DNA from: Promethearchaeota archaeon
GTDB lineage: Archaea > Asgardarchaeota > Lokiarchaeia > Sigyniarchaeales > SOKP01
DNA: 20,871 nucleotides
NCBI GenBank assembly: GCA_019058295.1
Contig: JAHPZI010000013.1
Span: forward strand, 1 to 20,871
Direction: 5' to 3'
Below, piece after piece: positions 16,845 through 20,871 of this stretch. The notes beneath the pieces were generated by a model. That model saw only the letters and a program-made list of their open reading frames with translations. It was not told the DNA's origin and did no database searches. The position numbers were made by a program, and so were the translations under genes. Position 1 is the first letter of the stretch, and every line of letters begins with the position of its first letter.

Positions 16845-18551
16845 ATGACAGAGTATGAGATTGTACGGGAGACTATGTCGCTGTGTCCAGAATGCTTGAC
16901 CCAAATACCCGCTCAATTCTATGTAGATCCCTCAAATAACTGGGTAATGCTTCGAAAAACATGTCCAGATCATGGTGAGTTCAAAGATAAAATTTCAATT
17001 GATGCCGATGAATATAAGTGGCATATGAACTTCACGGAAGAAATCGGTTCGATGTCAGGTGAAAGTATCTCAACTAAACCTTGTGAAGTGTCTTCAGGGA
17101 TTAAGAAAACCGAGAAAGGGTGCCCTTATGATTGTGGTATTTGTGAGAATCATAAAAGTGCCCCCTGTATATGTTTAATAGATGTTACTAATCGGTGTAA
17201 TCTTGCTTGTCCAATTTGTTTCGCAAACGCTTCGGCAAAAGGATATGTTGTAGAACCCTCCTTTGATGAAATCATACGAATTATGGAACATTTTAGATCT
17301 ATGAAACCAACTCCTGCTGTTTTGCTTCAATTTGCCGGTGGAGAGCCAACACTTCGAGACGATCTTCCTGATATAACCAGAAAAGGTAAAGAGATGGGAT
17401 TTCTTGATATTATGGTCTCAACAAATGGGATAAGAATTGCTAAAAATATTGATTATCTTCAACAACTGAAAGATGCGGGACTTGACACGGTATATTTGCA
17501 GTTTGATGCTACTGACGCTCCTGAAGTATGGAAAAAAGTAAGAGGAGTTAACCTATGGCCAATCAAAAAAAAAGCAGTTGAAAACATTCGAAAAGTTGGC
17601 GGAATTACTCTTATGTTAGTCCCAGTTATAGCAAAAGGAGTAAATGACAGTCAAGTTGGTCCTATTATGGAATTTGCGAAGGAAAATAAAGATATATGCG
17701 GTGGCGTTGTTTTCCAACCAGTTTCTCTGTGTGGTCGTATTAGTTTCGAAGAATTAATGGATTTGAGATATACCACATCAGATTTAAAAGTTGATATTAA
17801 TAAAGCAACAAATAATATGATTACAAAATTTTATCCGCTTGCAACATCTGCTAAATTCACGGGATTACTAGCATGGTTTGATGACGTACCGAATTGGTCA
17901 AGTACAAGCCACCACGATTGTGGCTTTGCTACCATAGGTATCATAAATAAAAATAACGAGTGGGAGCCCATCGAAAATTATGTTGAGGTAGAAGGACTGC
18001 TCAGATGGTCTAATAAAGTCTATGATATGGTTCAATCAAGACAAGTACCTAAGCCTACAGGTCTCTTAGGCAATATTGACTTATCACAATACGGGAAGTT
18101 GGCTGAAACAGTTGGAAATTTTATCGACGACATAACTAGTCTCGGATATAGGCAGATGATGAAAGCATACTTTTTTGCTGGTCTTGTTAAATATGTTAAA
18201 ATAAAAAAGGTCTTAGATAGTACATTTGCAAAGTCCTTAAGCCAATTAATATTAGCCCCAAATATGAGAACTGCGGGGAACTTTCTGCTTTCGGGCAATA
18301 TTTTAGTTTCTGCGATGCATTTTCAAGACGCCTATAATTTTGACCTTAATAGGATAAAATCATGTCTTGTACACTACGGTATTATTGACCCAGACAACCC
18401 AAACAAAGTTTTGGAGGTTCCATTTTGTGCAATGAACACCGTGCATCGTGAAAGATTGGAGCTTGCTCATGTAAAGAAAGGGCTTCAAACAGAGAAACCA
18501 GAAGTAATTACCGAGCGAATTTCAAAATATATAGAAACTATCGAAAAATAA
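16845..18551 (+). CDS. tes: Tetraether lipid synthase Tes / GDGT-MAS (MJ0619 family radical SAM)
   Basis: N-terminal SLCPEC...CPDHG metal site, GCPYDCGICENH cluster, DVTNRCNLACPICFANA, GGEPT, VYLQFD, FQPVS, HDCG, MHFQDAYNFD...CLVHY and PFC motifs. Confidence 0.9.
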   Translation: MTEYEIVRETMSLCPECLTQIPAQFYVDPSNNWVMLRKTCPDHGEFKDKISIDADEYKWHMNFTEEIGSMSGESISTKPCEVSSGIKKTEKGCPYDCGICENHKSAPCICLIDVTNRCNLACPICFANASAKGYVVEPSFDEIIRIMEHFRSMKPTPAVLLQFAGGEPTLRDDLPDITRKGKEMGFLDIMVSTNGIRIAKNIDYLQQLKDAGLDTVYLQFDATDAPEVWKKVRGVNLWPIKKKAVENIRKVGGITLMLVPVIAKGVNDSQVGPIMEFAKENKDICGGVVFQPVSLCGRISFEELMDLRYTTSDLKVDINKATNNMITKFYPLATSAKFTGLLAWFDDVPNWSSTSHHDCGFATIGIINKNNEWEPIENYVEVEGLLRWSNKVYDMVQSRQVPKPTGLLGNIDLSQYGKLAETVGNFIDDITSLGYRQMMKAYFFAGLVKYVKIKKVLDSTFAKSLSQLILAPNMRTAGNFLLSGNILVSAMHFQDAYNFDLNRIKSCLVHYGIIDPDNPNKVLEVPFCAMNTVHRERLELAHVKKGLQTEKPEVITERISKYIETIEK

Positions 18552-18590
18552 TTTTTTTTTAAAATTTTTTTATCTACTTTATTTTTTCCT
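18552..18590 (+). terminator. Oligo-T terminator after tes
   Basis: T9, T7 and T6 runs immediately after the stop codon. Confidence 0.55.
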
Positions 18591-18658
18591 CTAAATATAT
18601 CCTTTTTGTGATAATTGAAGAGAATTCCTTTCTATGCGATAAACATAGGTCTTCGTGA

Positions 18659-20650
18659 TCATTTATTCAAGAAGATGTAATTATGTGCGACTTTTCTTTT
18701 ATCCTTCCCGGCAAGGATATGAATATGTTTAATAGTTTTAAGTGATTCATGGGAAAAATTATCTATTGGGATATAAATAATGTCTCTATTCTTGACTCCT
18801 GCCAACGAATAGAAGTATTTTCTTGGTGGTTTTTCAGCTATATATGCTATATATCGTTGCTTAGAATAAAGGATAGCTGCTTTCAAGAGCCTTTCAGCCT
18901 TATTAATTGTATCTCGATATTCATAATCCATATAGGAACTAAAAACCTCTCTTAATCTAGGAGGAGGAAATATGGACAAAACCCCTCCAATTTCTACGTG
19001 TGAAATTCCTGGGCCAACTAAATAATCTCCTGGAAATGTTGAGTAGAAAGCCATATCGCTTTCTTTGTCGTGCTCTGCCCACCAGGTTAATTTAAAAGGA
19101 TATTTTTCTGCTTGACCATCATCCTCGTCGAAAATAACAACGAGAGTATCAATTTTTCCTTGAATTTGCTGCTCATTTCTTACGAAAATTTTTTTCTTAA
19201 AAGCCCAATTTCTAATCGTTTCTTTTATTGCAATTCCGTCCATTAAGCTGGCTTTGAATTCCTCTATTTTAACTCGTTGATTTTTTAAATTCTTTATTGC
19301 CTTTTTTCGAATAAACGCAAAGTAATCTTCTTCGATTATGTCCTCTGGAGGCCATGATACAGTATTCCATTTGCCTTCTTCCCATTCATCCCTCCATTGT
19401 CCTTGATATTCTTCTTCCTCTTTTTTCTTCAATGGAACATCTCGTTCTTCTCCATAATCATAAGGGTGGCGTCGTCTCAATTTTATATAACGACCATTAG
19501 GGTCATATCCCCCTTCCATGCTTAATTTCATAGTTTCATACTTATCGCTTTTGTCGTCATATGGGTATTTTGTTGCTTTTTTCAGAACTTTCCAAGCATA
19601 ATCATCATCAACAACATTTTTGGAGGAAATAAGTAAATGGGTAAGGTTAGGCAAAAGTCTTTGTTCTACTAGCGAAAGATTTCTTGAATATTGAAATAGC
19701 GTTTTTAATTTGTGAAGATCTACAAACTCTTTAAATTCTTCTTCATATTCGTATTTTGCTTTTAAAAAGATCTTTCTTATATGGTCAATTTTATTATAAG
19801 ACTCAAGGATCTCATATAAATCGTCTGGAGAAGCAATATCTTCTAGAATCTCCTTTGAATATTTATCTTTAAACTTTAACCATCTATGAGTGTTATAAGG
19901 TAATTCTCTTAAGAGGAATCTAGCATCTTTACTTTTAACATTATAGAGATGAACAACTTTATGAGGGATAAGATCTAAATCAACATCTTGAATTTTTTCT
20001 GGGTTTTCTAAATAATATTTGATGTTCTCCCAATGAGCCATACCTACGATAAATAAAATTCTATGATATAAAGGCATCATTTTTAAAAGATGAGAGGCCA
20101 TATAGCGTTCGCGCAACACATCTTTTTCTATAAAATCATATTCTTTTTCCCGTTTTTCTTGATTTTTCAAATATTCTTCTAAACTTAATTTATCTCTCAG
20201 TTTAATTTTCTTTGACTTATATTCCTTTTCGAAATATTTCGAAATTTTTTGATAAAATAAAGGCAATCCTATTTTATTTAAAGAATAGTCGTCTGGAAGT
20301 TTAAAGCCTGGTGGTAAGTAATCTGTTATAGACAAATCGATAAACTCAATTGGAATGCCAAATTCTAAACCTATAGTAATAGCTTCAATAATTGAATCGC
20401 TTGGATCGATGGGAATAAAATTCATCTTCTCTGGATTGAGTGTATCAGCATAAGCAATCAAGGAAAGAAAGGGTAATCTTTCTATACCTTCCATTATTTC
20501 ATCTCTTATATTATCCGGTAGTTCAACTGCAATTACATCTGGAAATACCATAAAATATGCAGTACGGACTAGTTTAGTAAATTCTATTCTCGAATGGAAA
20601 GTTGGGATTATATATATGTTTTTATACTTAATATATGGAGTATAGTTCAT
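18659..20650 (-). CDS. Conserved hypothetical protein with N-terminal TraB/TIKI/ChaN-superfamily-like domain
   Basis: IYIIPTFH, PDVIAVELP, RERYMA and ILFIVGMAH motifs. The C-terminal half (WWAEH...ESDMAF...VGPGI) is of unknown function. Confidence 0.7.
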   Translation of the reverse strand: MNYTPYIKYKNIYIIPTFHSRIEFTKLVRTAYFMVFPDVIAVELPDNIRDEIMEGIERLPFLSLIAYADTLNPEKMNFIPIDPSDSIIEAITIGLEFGIPIEFIDLSITDYLPPGFKLPDDYSLNKIGLPLFYQKISKYFEKEYKSKKIKLRDKLSLEEYLKNQEKREKEYDFIEKDVLRERYMASHLLKMMPLYHRILFIVGMAHWENIKYYLENPEKIQDVDLDLIPHKVVHLYNVKSKDARFLLRELPYNTHRWLKFKDKYSKEILEDIASPDDLYEILESYNKIDHIRKIFLKAKYEYEEEFKEFVDLHKLKTLFQYSRNLSLVEQRLLPNLTHLLISSKNVVDDDYAWKVLKKATKYPYDDKSDKYETMKLSMEGGYDPNGRYIKLRRRHPYDYGEERDVPLKKKEEEEYQGQWRDEWEEGKWNTVSWPPEDIIEEDYFAFIRKKAIKNLKNQRVKIEEFKASLMDGIAIKETIRNWAFKKKIFVRNEQQIQGKIDTLVVIFDEDDGQAEKYPFKLTWWAEHDKESDMAFYSTFPGDYLVGPGISHVEIGGVLSIFPPPRLREVFSSYMDYEYRDTINKAERLLKAAILYSKQRYIAYIAEKPPRKYFYSLAGVKNRDIIYIPIDNFSHESLKTIKHIHILAGKDKRKVAHNYIFLNK

Positions 20651-20871
20651 TCGATTTTGTTCTCATGAGTTTATAATTCTTAGCTTCTAAGCTTAGATTA
20701 AGTTATCATTCTTTAGAGTTATTATAATAATAAAAATATTTAATTTAATATTTAAATACATATTCGATTGATTATGATTAAATCATCGAGTCATCACTGA
20801 ATTCGACACCCAATCGATTTTTGGGTAGGTACTAAACCCAGTTATGGGGTTTAAATCTTTCGCTAGCTTCT

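Noticed and set aside
18794-18804. GACTCCTGCCA matching the structured element's stem (possible antisense target)
   Set aside because: An 11-nt match inside a CDS is too short to support and would be buried in the closing stem.

Overview
AT-rich archaeal DNA that looks like Asgard archaea (Lokiarchaeia-like). This is inferred from gene content: a stand-alone longin-like protein, a Loki-type CxxH/C6 RING-like zinc finger, a large repeat surface protein, a Tes homolog, TATA boxes, oligo-T terminators and GTGA-type SD motifs. It holds 17 complete CDSs: a 1306-aa surface protein with three Ig+lectin-like units, an R15P isomerase/eIF2B-family protein, a small Zn-ribbon protein, UvrC, a D-cysteine desulfhydrase/ACC deaminase-family enzyme, two small membrane proteins, a COG0731-like radical SAM protein, an alpha/beta hydrolase, a DUF362 protein, a helical hypothetical protein, a 35-aa tandem-repeat protein, a longin-like protein, an ACT-like protein, a polyproline RING-like protein, tetraether synthase (Tes/GDGT-MAS) and a TraB/TIKI-like protein. 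Three observations stand out. (1) The repeat protein has nine indel-free 35-residue units with a Pro...S-[ED]-x-x-[YF] signature resembling actin-binding nebulin modules. (2) A GC-rich, highly structured ~120-165 nt non-coding element lies upstream of tes. (3) The surface protein has nearly identical, mosaic constant segments flanking divergent domains. All family calls come from reading motifs by eye; no searches were run.
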